A stretch of DNA of 64,000 bases, from contig NC_043003.1 in assembly GCF_006345805.1 (NCBI RefSeq), positions 21,638,001 through 21,702,000 of the forward strand, in the 5' to 3' direction. Shown in pieces: positions 52,267 through 63,288 of this stretch (the stretch's first letter is position 1; each line of letters opens with the position of its first letter). Under the pieces are notes generated by a model, which was not told where the DNA came from, did no database searches, and saw only the letters and a program-made list of their open reading frames with translations. This DNA comes from Octopus sinensis (taxonomy: Eukaryota). Made by a program: the position numbers and the translations under genes.

Positions 52267-52883
52267 GAACAGCTTTTAAAAATCAACACCTAATTTACAT
52301 TATTATCATCATCATTATTAACATTTATTAATTAATATTATTATCGTAATTGATGCTCATTCCTAGCTGGTAAATTTATCTATTTCAAATTGACATACTT
52401 TTATCTCATTTTCATAAAATCCTGCCTCTGACATTAGTTTAGTGTGTGTATATATATATATATACATACACACACATGCACACACAGATGTTTATACACA
52501 TAATACAATAAAAACACATGTACATGCTATTTATACATGTATGTATGTATGTACATTTGCCCTATATTTTTTCCATGCTAATAGCATCAAAATTCAGACA
52601 ACATATCCAAACATACATACATATGTGTGTATACATATACACATGTGTATATTATATATACACACATATACATGCACAGAAATATACATGAGTATGTACA
52701 CCTGTATATGTGTATATATACGCAAACACACACATATATATTTACATATACATAAATATATATATACACACACACACATTTGTCAGACAGTTGATTTTCA
52801 AATAACAGGTGCCAGCAGACACTATCTTATCAAGATGTTATCAGTATTCATCAACCAATACAATTTACAGCAATCTTGTTAAG

Positions 52884-52961
52884 TCATGAACCAAATTCTT
52901 TTGTTTCAGGTGTGATTGGCTGGAATTCATAGTTGCCTTGTCCATCCATCTTCAAGTAATA
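52884..52961 (-). CDS. ABCD3: ABCD3 last coding exon (YYLKMDGQGNYEFQPITPETKEFGS*)
   Basis: Acceptor gcttttcag|. The C-terminal EFGS matches ABCD3/PMP70 rather than ABCD1/2. TGA stop. Confidence 0.97.
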   Translation of the reverse strand, partial: YYLKMDGQGNYEFQPITPETKEFGS

Positions 52962-53860
52962 CTGAAAAGCAAAAAAAAATAAATAAATAAATAAAATAAA
53001 ATAAACATAATTACTAAGAATAACAGTGGTTTCAAATTGTGATACAACAACAGCAGTTTTAGGGGAGGAAACAAGTTATCAACCCCAAAAAGGTGAAAGG
53101 CTAAGTCAACCTTTGCAATAGTTGAACTCAGCATGCCAGACAAAATTGCTAAGCAGCATTTTTCCTAGTTTTATGATCTAACAATTCTGCCAGCTTGCCA
53201 CCTTGTATATAATATTCATCATCATTGTTTAACATCTGTTTTCCATGCTAGCATGGGTTGGACAGGTCAACTGGGGTCTGAGAAGCCAGGAGGCTGCACC
53301 AGGCTCTAGTCCGATCTGGTAGTGTTTCTACAGCTGGATGCCCTTCCTAACACCAACTACTCCGTGAGTGTAGTGGGTGCTTTTTACATGGGACAGGAGA
53401 GGCTGGCAATGGCCATGATCGGTTGGTGCTTTTTATGTGCCACTGGCACAGAAGCCAGTGAAGGCTGCACTGGCATCGGCCACGTTCGGATGGTGCTTTT
53501 TACATGCTACCTGCACAGGTATCACAACTACAATTTCCATTTGAGTTTTACTTTGATATTAAAATCAAATTTTAACACAAGGTCAGCAATTGGGGGGGGG
53601 GGGGTAAGTCAATTACATCAACCCCAGCGCTCAACTGGTACTTATTTTTATCAACCTCAAAGGGATGAAAGGCAAAGCTGACATCAGCAGAATTTGAACT
53701 CAGAACAGAAAGGTAGGTAAAATGCTGCCAAGCATTTTGTCCAGCATGCTAAAAATTCTGCCAATTCGTTACATTCACTTTATAAATAATATCAACAGAT
53801 ATTACACAATAATGATAATATAGATGTTTTCGGTCTAGTTTGGATTCTTTGTCATCAAAT

Positions 53861-53900
53861 TTGAATTCTTTGCCATCAAATTTGATGGCAAAGAATTCAA
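53861..53900. repeat. Perfect 40-bp palindrome inside a ~110-bp imperfect hairpin (53818-53930)
   Basis: ttgaattctttgccatcaaa|tttgatggcaaagaattcaa. Confidence 0.92.
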
Positions 53901-54198
53901 TAATCCAAACTAGATCAAAAACATCTATAATGATACTTTTAGATCTAAGGTACAAAGTCTGAAATTTCAGGCGAGTGGGGTAGTTGATTTACATCAACCC
54001 CAGTGCTAACTGGTACTTGTTTCGTTGACCTCGAAAGGACAAAAGACAAAGTTGACCTCGGCAGAATTTGAACTTAGAATATAACGATAGAAGAAATGCC
54101 GCTAAGCATTTTGAATAATAATAATGTTTTCTAACTGAGGCACACAGCCAAGGCAAAGGCACTAGTCGATACCATCAACCCGTACTTGACTGGTACTA

Positions 54199-55103
54199 TA
54201 CACGGTCTGATCAATAAGTATCCGAACTGTTGCCATAGTAACAAAGCTAAAGCACGCAGAGTGAAGCTGCTTGGCACAGATAGACCTTGAATTCTGTTGC
54301 ACATGCACACAAAGTTTTAATGTTCTAGCTCATTTCCACTGTTTACAGCAGTGCTTGGAAGGAAGGTGTATAGCATGTGATCGTCGCATTGACCATGACA
54401 CAGAAAGTTATCATGGCGATACCTGCTCAGAGACCTACGCAAAGTTGGAGAAAATATATGGAGAAGAATGTATGAGCTGCACACAAGTGTATGAGTGGTT
54501 CTGACATTTCCAAGATATCCAAAGAAAATGTCGATATTGATGAACATTCTGGAAGACCCACAACTAGCAGAAGTGAGAAAAACATTGCAGATGTATGAGC
54601 AGCTGTGAGGAGAAATCATCACATCACCAACAGTGAGTTATCAGAGGAGGTGCAGATTAATTATGGTTCAGTTGAGTCCGTTATCACTGAGGATTTGGGT
54701 ATGAGGTGGGTGTCTGCCAAGTTTGTGGTAAAACTGCTTTCAGCTGACCAAAAAGACACTCAGGTTTCAGTTGCACAAGATCTCGTTGATTGTGTCAAGA
54801 ACGGTGAAAACTTTTTGAAAACTCTGCATAGGCCTCTGAGAAGGTATCGCCAAGCTTTTTGGCAACATTTGATGCAGCAGATTCTCTGCTCAACTTACTT
54901 TGTCATGGTCAATGCGACGATCACATGCTACACATCTTCCTTCCAAGCATTGCAGTAAAAAATAGAAGTAAACTAGAACGTTAATACTTAGTCCGCATGT
55001 ACAGCAGAGTTCAAGGTCAATCTGCACCAAATGGCTTCACTCTGCGTGCTTTAGCTTCATTACTATGGCAACAGTCCAGATACTTATTGATCAGACGACA
55101 GTA
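54199..55103. mobile_element. Mariner derivative built from two inverted 5' halves
   Basis: Terminal gtctgatcaataagtatc inverted repeats extend more than 200 bp inward. Transposase N-terminal peptides occur on both strands (GDTCSETYAKL...VSAKFVVKLL on +; VEQRICCIKCCQKLGDTFSEAYA on -). Confidence 0.85.
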
Positions 55104-55601
55104 AGGTGATGCTGGTAACGATCATGTTCAAATGGTGCATTTTACATGCCACCAGCATGGAAACCAGTCACCTGCTCTAGCAACAATCATGCTGGGATGG
55201 TGCTCTTAGCGCTCCACTAGCACGGATGCCAGTCATTGAATTTGATTTTAATTCTGATTTCAACAGGTCTTCGCAAGCAGAGTTTAGTGTCCAATGAAGG
55301 GAAGGTATGCATAAGTGGGCTGGTTACACCCCTGGCATAGGCCACAGGTTATGGTCTCACTTGGTTTGCTGAGTCTTCTCAAGCACATACACACAACATA
55401 TATATATATATATAAGTGTGTATAATACACAATTTCCATCCATCAAATTCATTCACAAGGCATTGTTCAGTTTGAGGCAAAAGTAGAAGACACTTGCTCA
55501 AGGTGACACGCTAGTGTGATTGCAAAGTGAGTTTCTTAACTAGAGGGCCAAATATTTTTTTATATAACTAAACAAAATTGAGAAACTGAAGAATTTATTA
55601 C

Positions 55602-55658
55602 CTCATGGTGCTCCCACAGAGATTTTCTATGTGAAACTGTAAACAGTGTAATTCCAAG
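55602..55658 (-). CDS. ABCD3: ABCD3 exon with H-switch (LGITLFTVSHRKSLWEHHE)
   Basis: Splice sites tttttcag| and |gtaata, 19 codons. Confidence 0.97.
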
Positions 55659-56914
55659 CTGAAAAAAAATGGAATAAAATACAATGAAAAGGAGTTCACT
55701 GAAGAAAATGGCAAGGAACCAAAATGTGAATGTTAGTAGTTTCAGTTTGTAAAAGAAGCAAACAAAAAAAGTCTCTAAATAGTCAGTAAATCTGTTAGAA
55801 ATAGCTACCAAATTAGCCTCAAATCACAACCTGCCATTTTAAAATGGCGAGTACATATAGGCTTGGGTAATATACTATGCCTGAAAATCTGGAAAATAAA
55901 TGGGGATGATTATACCTGGAATGCTTTTGATCGGGAGTCTGTTCATTCAAAGCTCACCCAGAGGTTAAACAACATCACCATTTAACACCAAGCTTCCATG
56001 TTGGCATGGGTTGGATGGTTTAATAAGGTCTGATGAGCCGTAGGGCTGCATCATACACCAATATATACATAGACATGGTTTCTATGGCTGGATGCTTGTC
56101 CTGACACCAACCAGTTTATAATAAGAATGTACTGGATGCTTTTTTCATGACATCAGCATTAGTGACGATCATCTCATAACTTTCTAGGTTAAGGCCCTAA
56201 AGTGGCCTCTATAACTGAAGGGGAATAGAAAGAAAGTATGTGGTGATGAGGAATGGTAACTAAGAGGAGAGAAAGGTAAGGGTATGGCAGGGAGCAATGG
56301 AGAGGGAAGGGATTAGTGATAGGGTTGAGACTAAACATTAATCCTCTGGGACCAAGATCCCGTGTCTGATTTTACTTGCCATCTGGGCTCCTGAGCAAAA
56401 ACGAAAAATGCATATACAGCTTAAAGTAATGATTACAGGCAAACTAATGGAGAATAACAATAATAGACCTATCTTCCAACTACCATATTTGTTCACACAA
56501 ATTGATCCTTTCCTTATCACTTTTCCCAGTTTGATTGTCTGAATCCCTCTCATTGTCTGCATAAGAGTAAACACTTTGTCCAAAGAATAAATACCATCAA
56601 CAATTTCCTCAATTGTAGAGTCTAGGCCTAGCTCATTTAACAAATGAAGTGCTGGGTTCATTACACACTTGTTTCATTGCAAAAAAAAAATCTACTCCTT
56701 TTACAAGCTGAACATTAACCGCTATCTGATCAGACTCAGAGAGCCTTCAATGATCATGACCAAATTCATTTCTTCTCAATTAAAACCAAAACAAACTTTA
56801 AAAGTGCTACTCAACCATTTTCATACCAACTAGTGTGAGACCACCCCTGGCTCTACAATACAAACTTAGCATTTTAAAACGATCTAAATTCAAACTTTAT
56901 CTCAAAATGTCATA

Positions 56915-57310
56915 CTCTTTTATTTGTTTCAGTCATTTGACTGTGGCCATGCTAGAGCACCGCCTTTAGTCGAGCAAATCGACCCCAGGACTTATTCTTT
57001 GGAAGCCTAGTACTTATTCTATCAGTCTCATTTGCCGAACCACTAAGTTACGGGGACGTAAACACACCAGCATCGATTGTCAAGCGATGTTGTGGGAACA
57101 AACACAGACACACAAACATATACACACACACATATATATACATATATACGACGGGCTTCTTTTAGTTTCCGTCTACCAAATCCACTCACAAGGCTTTGGT
57201 CGGCCCGAGGCTATAGTAGAAGACACTGGCCCAAGGTGCCACACAGTGGGACTGAACCCGGAACCATGTGGTTGGTAAGCAAGCTACTTACCACACAGCC
57301 ACTCCTACGC
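56915..57310 (-). mobile_element. SINE family A, near full-length copy
   Basis: Reverse complement of the family A consensus. Confidence 0.85.
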
Positions 57311-57458
57311 TTATGTCATGTTAATTTATGTTTCAAAAGCTAGTTTAATGACAACACAGTTATCTTACTAAATTTTTTCTTTCTTTCTTACAATTAATTG
57401 AAACAAAAGCCATGCATTTCAAAAGGAAAAGGTTAACAAAATAGTTAATAGAAGTTAC

Positions 57459-57563
57459 CTTTCTGCAATGTTGGTAAATAAAACCTTCGACATCGACACT
57501 GACAGCACTTGTACATTCATCTAGAATAGCAAACTGGGGTTTGTGATAGAAGAGACGAGCCAT
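57459..57563 (-). CDS. ABCD3: ABCD3 exon with Walker B/D-loop ([35 protein letters not shown])
   Basis: Splice sites tttctccag| and |gtaact. Nearly identical to the ABCD3 sequence as recalled. Confidence 0.98.
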
Positions 57564-59360
57564 CTGGAGAAAATGAAAAAAAGAAATAACATGATTACAT
57601 TATAAGTTCAACTAATGCATGCCACTCATACACATTTGTGTGTGCGTTATATAATTTTGAACAGCTTGATTGACTTGTCATATATATATATCTATATATC
57701 CAGGACACTTAGAATTAAACGATGATCCTCATCACCACCCCCAACAACCACCACTATCACCAGCATCAACATTACCACCAACAGCAGCATTTTTACATCT
57801 ACTTTTCCATGCTGGTATTCATTGGACAGATTATCAAAGACTGTGTCAGTCCTTAGTACTACTGCCATCTGTGTGTGTATGTGTGAGGGAACATGTTTCA
57901 TTTGTACTTTCATTTTCAGCATATTTTCTGCAACTCTTTCTACCATTAACCATTTTACAGTTGGCTGGATGCATTTTATCATGGGACTTGCATTAGAGAG
58001 GCAGTTATATCCTCAATAAAAAAACTAAAAGGACTCTCAGCCCAATGTTGTTTCTAAATATTTGCAAACCACTCTACATGGTGTACTAGGTGCACCAACA
58101 CTAGAGGTGTTGTCTTTTCCACAGAAAGACTAAAGTGGCCTCTCTGCCCTACATTGCATCCATTCATTTACCAATCATTTTACAGGGTATCGTGGATGCA
58201 TGTTGTTGTGACATCAGCATTAGAGAGGTTATCTTGTTCCAGGCAAGATTAAAGTTGTCTCTTATCATCCATTTATTTGCCAGCATCAGAGAGTTGTCTC
58301 ATCCTTGACAAGTCAAAGGGAGATTGATGAAAGAATTTAAGAGGGTGGGTAATACAGAGACAGTGATGGAAGTGAATAGGATATTGAGAGTAAAGAAAGA
58401 GAGAACAAGTGATGAACAGCTACACAACGATTGTTGGGAAGGAGATTGGGCAGAAACAGCATGAGAGGAAGAAGGGAGAGAAAAACAAGAGGGAGGCAGG
58501 GTAAAAGAATAGAAGAGAGAAGTGATGAATAGCAATGAAAATGGACAGTGATAAGAGAGTGAGAGCGGTAGACAGTGATCATCATCATCATCATCATTTA
58601 ACATCCATTGTCCATGCTGGTATGGATTGGATGGTTTAACTGGGCTGGCATGCTGGAAGGCTGTGCCAGACTCCAGTCTGATTAGGCATAGTTTTTCTAC
58701 AGCTGGATGCCCTTCCTAATGCCAACCACTCCGAGAGTGTAATGGGTACTTTTACATGCCACCAGCACAGGTACCATTTGCATGACACCAGTACCTGCCA
58801 CGACTGCGATTTTGCTCAGCTTGATGAGTCTTCTTCTCAAGCATGGCGTAATGCCAAAGGACTTGGTCATTGCCTCCGTGAGGCCCAACACTTAAAAGGA
58901 ACTCAGCCACTTTGCCTCCATGAGGCCCAATGCTCGAAAGGAACTCAGCCAGCTTGCCTCCAACACACACATGAACATTAATAATGAGTGATGGGGAGGG
59001 AAATGAGAGTCAGCAATACAGAATAGATTATGGTAAGTTGAAATATGTGTGTTGGAAGGGTAGGTGTAGAGGAGAGGGGTGTGTAATGTCATGGATTGGA
59101 TAAACTATCAGAGACTGAATTGGATCAGTTTTTACTCAGAATTACTGCTCTTAGATGGATTAAGGGCCATGCTTCACTCACACCTCCCATTTTTGGGAAG
59201 TTGGTGCAGGAGTGGCTGTGTGCTAAGAAGTTTGCTTCCCAACCACATGGTTCCAAGTTCAGAACCTTGAGAAAGTGCCTTCTACTATAGCTTTGGACCA
59301 AGCAAAGCACTATGAGTGGATTTGGTAGACAGAAACTAAAAGAAACCCATTGCGTGTATG

Positions 59361-59416
<56 letters not shown>

Positions 59417-59788
59417 AGTGTGTGTGTCTTTGTTTGTCCCCCACTGCTACTTGACAACTAGTGTTGGTATCTTTACGTCCCCATAACTTAGTGGTTCAGC
59501 TAAAGAAACTGATAGAATAAGTACCAGACGTCCAAAAAAAAGTACTGGAGCTGGTTCATTCAACAAAAATTCTTCAAAGCAGTGCCCCAGTATGGCCACA
59601 GTCTAATGATTGAAACTAGTAAAAGGATAAATAAACACTAATTGTTATTACAGAGCACTAATTGTAGTACTAATTGGAACATGAATTTTACATTTCAAGA
59701 TTAAAGATTTGAAAATTAAAATACAAAATAACGAGAACAATTATAACTAAATTTAATTTTGAATTTATAATTAAATTTTTTTACTTAC

Positions 59789-59833
59789 AGCCATTCTTTG
59801 TTTTTCACCTCCACTGAGCACATCCATCCAATC
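59789..59833 (-). CDS. ABCD3: ABCD3 exon with ABC signature (DWMDVLSGGEKQRMA)
   Basis: Splice sites tctattcag| and |gtaagt. Contains the LSGGEKQR signature motif. Confidence 0.97.
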
Positions 59834-60089
59834 CTGAATAGAAATAAGAGTTCAGCTGCTTTATAACTATATTGTGTTTGTGAATTTATACAGGGTGATT
59901 AAATCTAAGATTCATTTATTTATAACAGTGTTTCCCAAACTTTCTCAGGTTGCCACCCGTTTAGCACCCGGGCCACATTCCTAGTGTCCCCCCACTCCAC
60001 TCACCACCACAAGCATAGACCACTTTCTGCAACAAATTCAAAACAACTGTATTTCACAAATAAAACTTAATCTAATTAACTCATTATTT

Positions 60090-60490
60090 TGTTCAGTTCT
60101 ATATTTAAGAGATGAGTAATTATGTACATTATTTCACTATTTACATTCGACAGATATTCGTCCTCATCTTGTTTGTTGATAACACAACATTTTGGCTGAT
60201 ATACCCTCCAGCCTTCTTCAGGTGTCTTTACTATGCCATATGCCCGTGGGCATATGGCATAATGGTTAAGAGTGCAGGCTACTAACTCCAAGATTCCGAG
60301 TTCAATTCCAAGCAGTGACCTGAACAATAACAAATAATAATAATAACAACAACATCAAAAAATACCTTAGGAATGAGAACCCAGGTTTGAAATTTCCCCC
60401 AAGACACCTGAAGAAGGCTGGAGGGTATATCAGCCGAAATGTGTTAACAACAAACAAGATGGGGACAAATATCCGTCAAATGTAAATAAT
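60090..60490. mobile_element. Head-to-head pair of a tRNA-headed element with a hammerhead-like/Penelope-type tail
   Basis: A box tggcataatgg and B box gagttcaattcc at 60255-60309. Tail cctgaagaaggctg-gagggtatat-cagccgaaa at 60407-60439. An inverted, internally deleted copy lies at 60090-60245. Confidence 0.7.
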
Positions 60491-60530
60491 GATCATTATT
60501 TTGTTGTTTTACATCCATCGCCCTCTTTTG

Positions 60531-60650
60531 ACCACCCCATTATCATTCCCTTTGGCCACTCCATTATTGCCCCCTTTGGCCACCCTGTTATCGCCCCCAT
60601 TGGCCACCCCATTACCACCCTCTTTGGCCACTCCATTATCGCCCCCCACC
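60531..60650. repeat. ~24-bp minisatellite, 5 units (ttggccaccccattatcgcccccc) inside the hAT element
   Basis: Read directly from the sequence. Confidence 0.85.
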
Positions 60651-60820
60651 CCTGGATCTTTCCAACCCCACCCCCCCAGGGGAGCAGTACTGCACACTTC
60701 GAGAACCACTGATTTATAAGATTTACAATACAAGGGGTCAAAAACATAAAATTTCTTACAAGCAGAGATTAAAATGTTACTAATAGGTTACAAAAAAATG
60801 ATGCAAAACAGTCAACAAAC

Positions 60821-60871
60821 CTTCACTGACTCCCAACCACCTTCTCTCTCCAGTAAATACCCTAACTGAAC
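60821..60871 (-). CDS. ABCD3: ABCD3 exon (VQLGYLLEREGGWESVK)
   Basis: Splice sites gtttttcag| and |gtttgt. Matches 'VQLGHILEREGGWDSVQ'. Confidence 0.95.
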
Positions 60872-61908
60872 CTGAAAAACAAAAGAAAAATCATTTAACC
60901 TGTTAACTGCCAAATTTTTTTATTCATATTTTTTGGCTTTGCCTAGTGTCTCAGGAGTTAAGATAATATATAGTATTTATATTTTCTGCATAAATGAGTT
61001 ATTTTGGAAATTATAATAATTCTTTCAAAAAGTCCCAAATGGAGATCACTGGAAAAAAGCATATTTATCCTTTTTCTATTCAATTGCAATAATAAACAAA
61101 GTTTTTTGAAACTATAGTATCAAATGCGAATATGTATGAAATATCAATGAATGATATAGATGAAAAATGCAAAAACAAAAAAAAAAGTTTTCAAAATAGT
61201 CAATATTTTTGTAGTTCAAAAATTGTGATTTATGACATAAAATGTCCTCTAGAATTAGCCAGAGTTAATAATGATAAACTTTAACTACTAAATGTCATTA
61301 AACACACCTCTGCAAATGCAATGTACATAAGCAATTCACTTTAAATACAATTAACAACCGGCGATGAGACTGTTTTTAGCAGATCCCCAAATAGGGCTCA
61401 TGGCAGGCAATGAGTTAATGTCTAACTAGAAAAAAAAAATTATATAGGTGCAGGTATGATTATAGGTACAGGCATGGTTGTGTGGTTAAGTTTGCTTCCC
61501 AACCACATGGTTTCAGGTTCAGTCTCACAGCACAATAACTTGGGTAAGCATTTTCTATTATAGCTCTAGGTGGACCAAAGCCTTACAAGTGAATTTAGGA
61601 GACAGAAACTGAGAGGTGTGTGTGTGTGCACATGTGTCTGTGTGCTTGTTTATATTTGTGCTCTATGCTGCACGCCTTTCAAAGACATGAAATAAGAGGT
61701 TCATTTCTTGAAAACCAGGTAAGAAAGGGGTAATGATAGGAAGGGTATCCATTAAAACAATGCCTCAATAATATATTCACCTAACCCATGCCAGCATGGA
61801 AAAACAGATGTGAAACAAACAAGTGAAGAATAAGAAATATTCTTGCACCATTATTTTCAATGAGAAGTTCAGACAAGACAGAAAGAAAGTGGTGGAAAAC
61901 AAAATTAC

Positions 61909-62022
61909 CTTTTCCAAAATATCTTCCAGTTGAGCATCATTAATGTTCTTTGCCCTTTGATCTACATGAACATCTGGGTATATCATTTGTTCTCGGAGTG
62001 AACCAACAGCCATATAGGGTCG
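61909..62022 (-). CDS. ABCD3: ABCD3 exon ([17 protein letters not shown]...LEDILEK)
   Basis: Splice sites tttttgtag| and |gtaatt, 38 codons. Confidence 0.96.
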
Positions 62023-62115
62023 CTACAAAAATAAAGAAAGGATAATTTATTAGACTCAATTGGGACTCACAACAGTATAAAACAGCAGATGATGATGATA
62101 TATTATTCAACTTAC

Positions 62116-62181
62116 CTGAGGGACGTAAAAGAGTTTCCGTTTATCTGGTTTAATTAATGTTCCACCAAACAATGGCCACAG
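62116..62181 (-). CDS. ABCD3: ABCD3 exon (LWPLFGGTLIKPDKRKLFYVPQ)
   Basis: Splice sites attacag| and |gtaagt, 22 codons. Matches human 'LWPLFGGRLTKPERGKLFYVPQ'. Confidence 0.97.
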
Positions 62182-62474
62182 CTGTAATAATAACGATGAT
62201 AATATTATTAGTGTTATTGTTATATCAAGCAGGTCAAACAAGCTCAAAGGGGCTCTCTTGCTAGCTCAGCTCAAGTCTTTAGGTAAAGCACTTTATTACT
62301 CTGGCTGTCAATTAGTCTACCAAAAATACAGGTGCTGCTCCAAACAACTTTATGATAAGAATGTGATTTGTTATTTCTTGATTGAGCAAGCAGAAGGTAA
62401 ACCCATGGGAACACATAAAAAGAAATAACTGAAATAATTAGAAACAAAAAAAAGTGAAAAGAAGGAAAACTTAC

Positions 62475-62552
62475 TTCTCCAAGAGTACGGAACAAAGAAC
62501 TTTTTCCACATCCATTTGGACCACATACCAAAACATTCATGCCAGAATGTAC
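62475..62552 (-). CDS. ABCD3: ABCD3/PMP70 exon with Walker A (VHSGMNVLVCGPNGCGKSSLFRTLGE)
   Basis: Splice sites ttttctctag| and |gtaagt. GPNGCGKSSLFR is the ABCD-family Walker A motif. Confidence 0.97.
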
Positions 62553-62634
62553 CTAGAGAAAATAAAACAAATACATTTGTAAAGAAACAGTATAGTTTAT
62601 TGAATTCTTTTTAAATACATAAATCAGAACCAAA

Positions 62635-63063
62635 ATCGAAGTCGATCGACATCAATGGAAATTGCAGCTGTGATACCAGTGCCAGTGGCACGTAAGCGAA
62701 CCATCTGATCGTGGCCGTTGCCAGCGCCTCCCCGACTGGCCTCCGTGCCGGTGGCACGTAAAAAGCACCATCCGATCGTGGCCGTTACCAGCCTCGCCTG
62801 GCCCCTGTGCCGGTGGCACATAAAAAGCACCACCCGACCGTGGCCGTTTGCCAGCCCTGTCTGGCACCTGTGCGGGTGGCACGTAAAAAGCACCCACTAC
62901 ACTCACGGAGTGGTTGGCGTTAGGAAGGGCATCCAGCCGTAGAAACATTGCCAGATCAGACTGGGCCTGGTGCAGCCTCCTGGCTTCCCAGACCCCAGTT
63001 GAACCGTCCAACCCATGCTAGCATGGAAAGCGGACGCTAAATGATGATGATGATGATGATGAT
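62635..63063 (+). mobile_element. RTE-LINE 3' end derivative (family C) with 4 tandem units
   Basis: Units containing gtgccggtggcacgtaaaaagcacc; ends with (GAT)n. Confidence 0.8.
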
Positions 63064-63074
63064 GAAAGATCTTA

Positions 63075-63288
63075 AATGAGAGGGTGCTGAAAATTTCCTG
63101 GCTTTAAGGATATTGCGAAAGACCTGGTTGAAGGCCCAACCTTCCAAGTTCTTTTACATGCCTTAGAAAAACTGAAGGACCACTGCAATAAGTGTGAATC
63201 TGAGAGGGGAATATGTTGAATAAAATCATAATTGACCCTCCTCAATTTTCTTTTAAGCAAAGTCAGGAATTTCCAACATTCTCTCGTA
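63075..63288 (+). mobile_element. Short internally deleted mariner (MITE-like)
   Basis: Ends gagggtgctgaaaatttcctggcttt and aaagtcaggaatttccaacattctctcgta. Encodes the transposase tail LEKLKDHCNKC. Confidence 0.6.

Larger units (their letters stand above)
59926..60711. mobile_element. Non-autonomous hAT element with exact 8-bp TSD, containing nested inserts
   Basis: Termini cagtgtttcccaa and (reverse complement) cagtggttctcga. ATTTATAA is present on both flanks (59918-59925 and 60712-60719). Confidence 0.85.

Noticed and set aside
60248-60320. Possible tRNA gene (and similar heads of SINE families A and B)
   Set aside because: A and B boxes are present but the acceptor and anticodon stems do not pair; these are tRNA-derived SINE heads.
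62680-62895. Regularly spaced repeats with variable intervening sequence, superficially CRISPR-like
   Set aside because: The intervening sequences are homologous to one another, the context is eukaryotic, there are no cas genes, and the array is part of the LINE 3' UTR VNTR.
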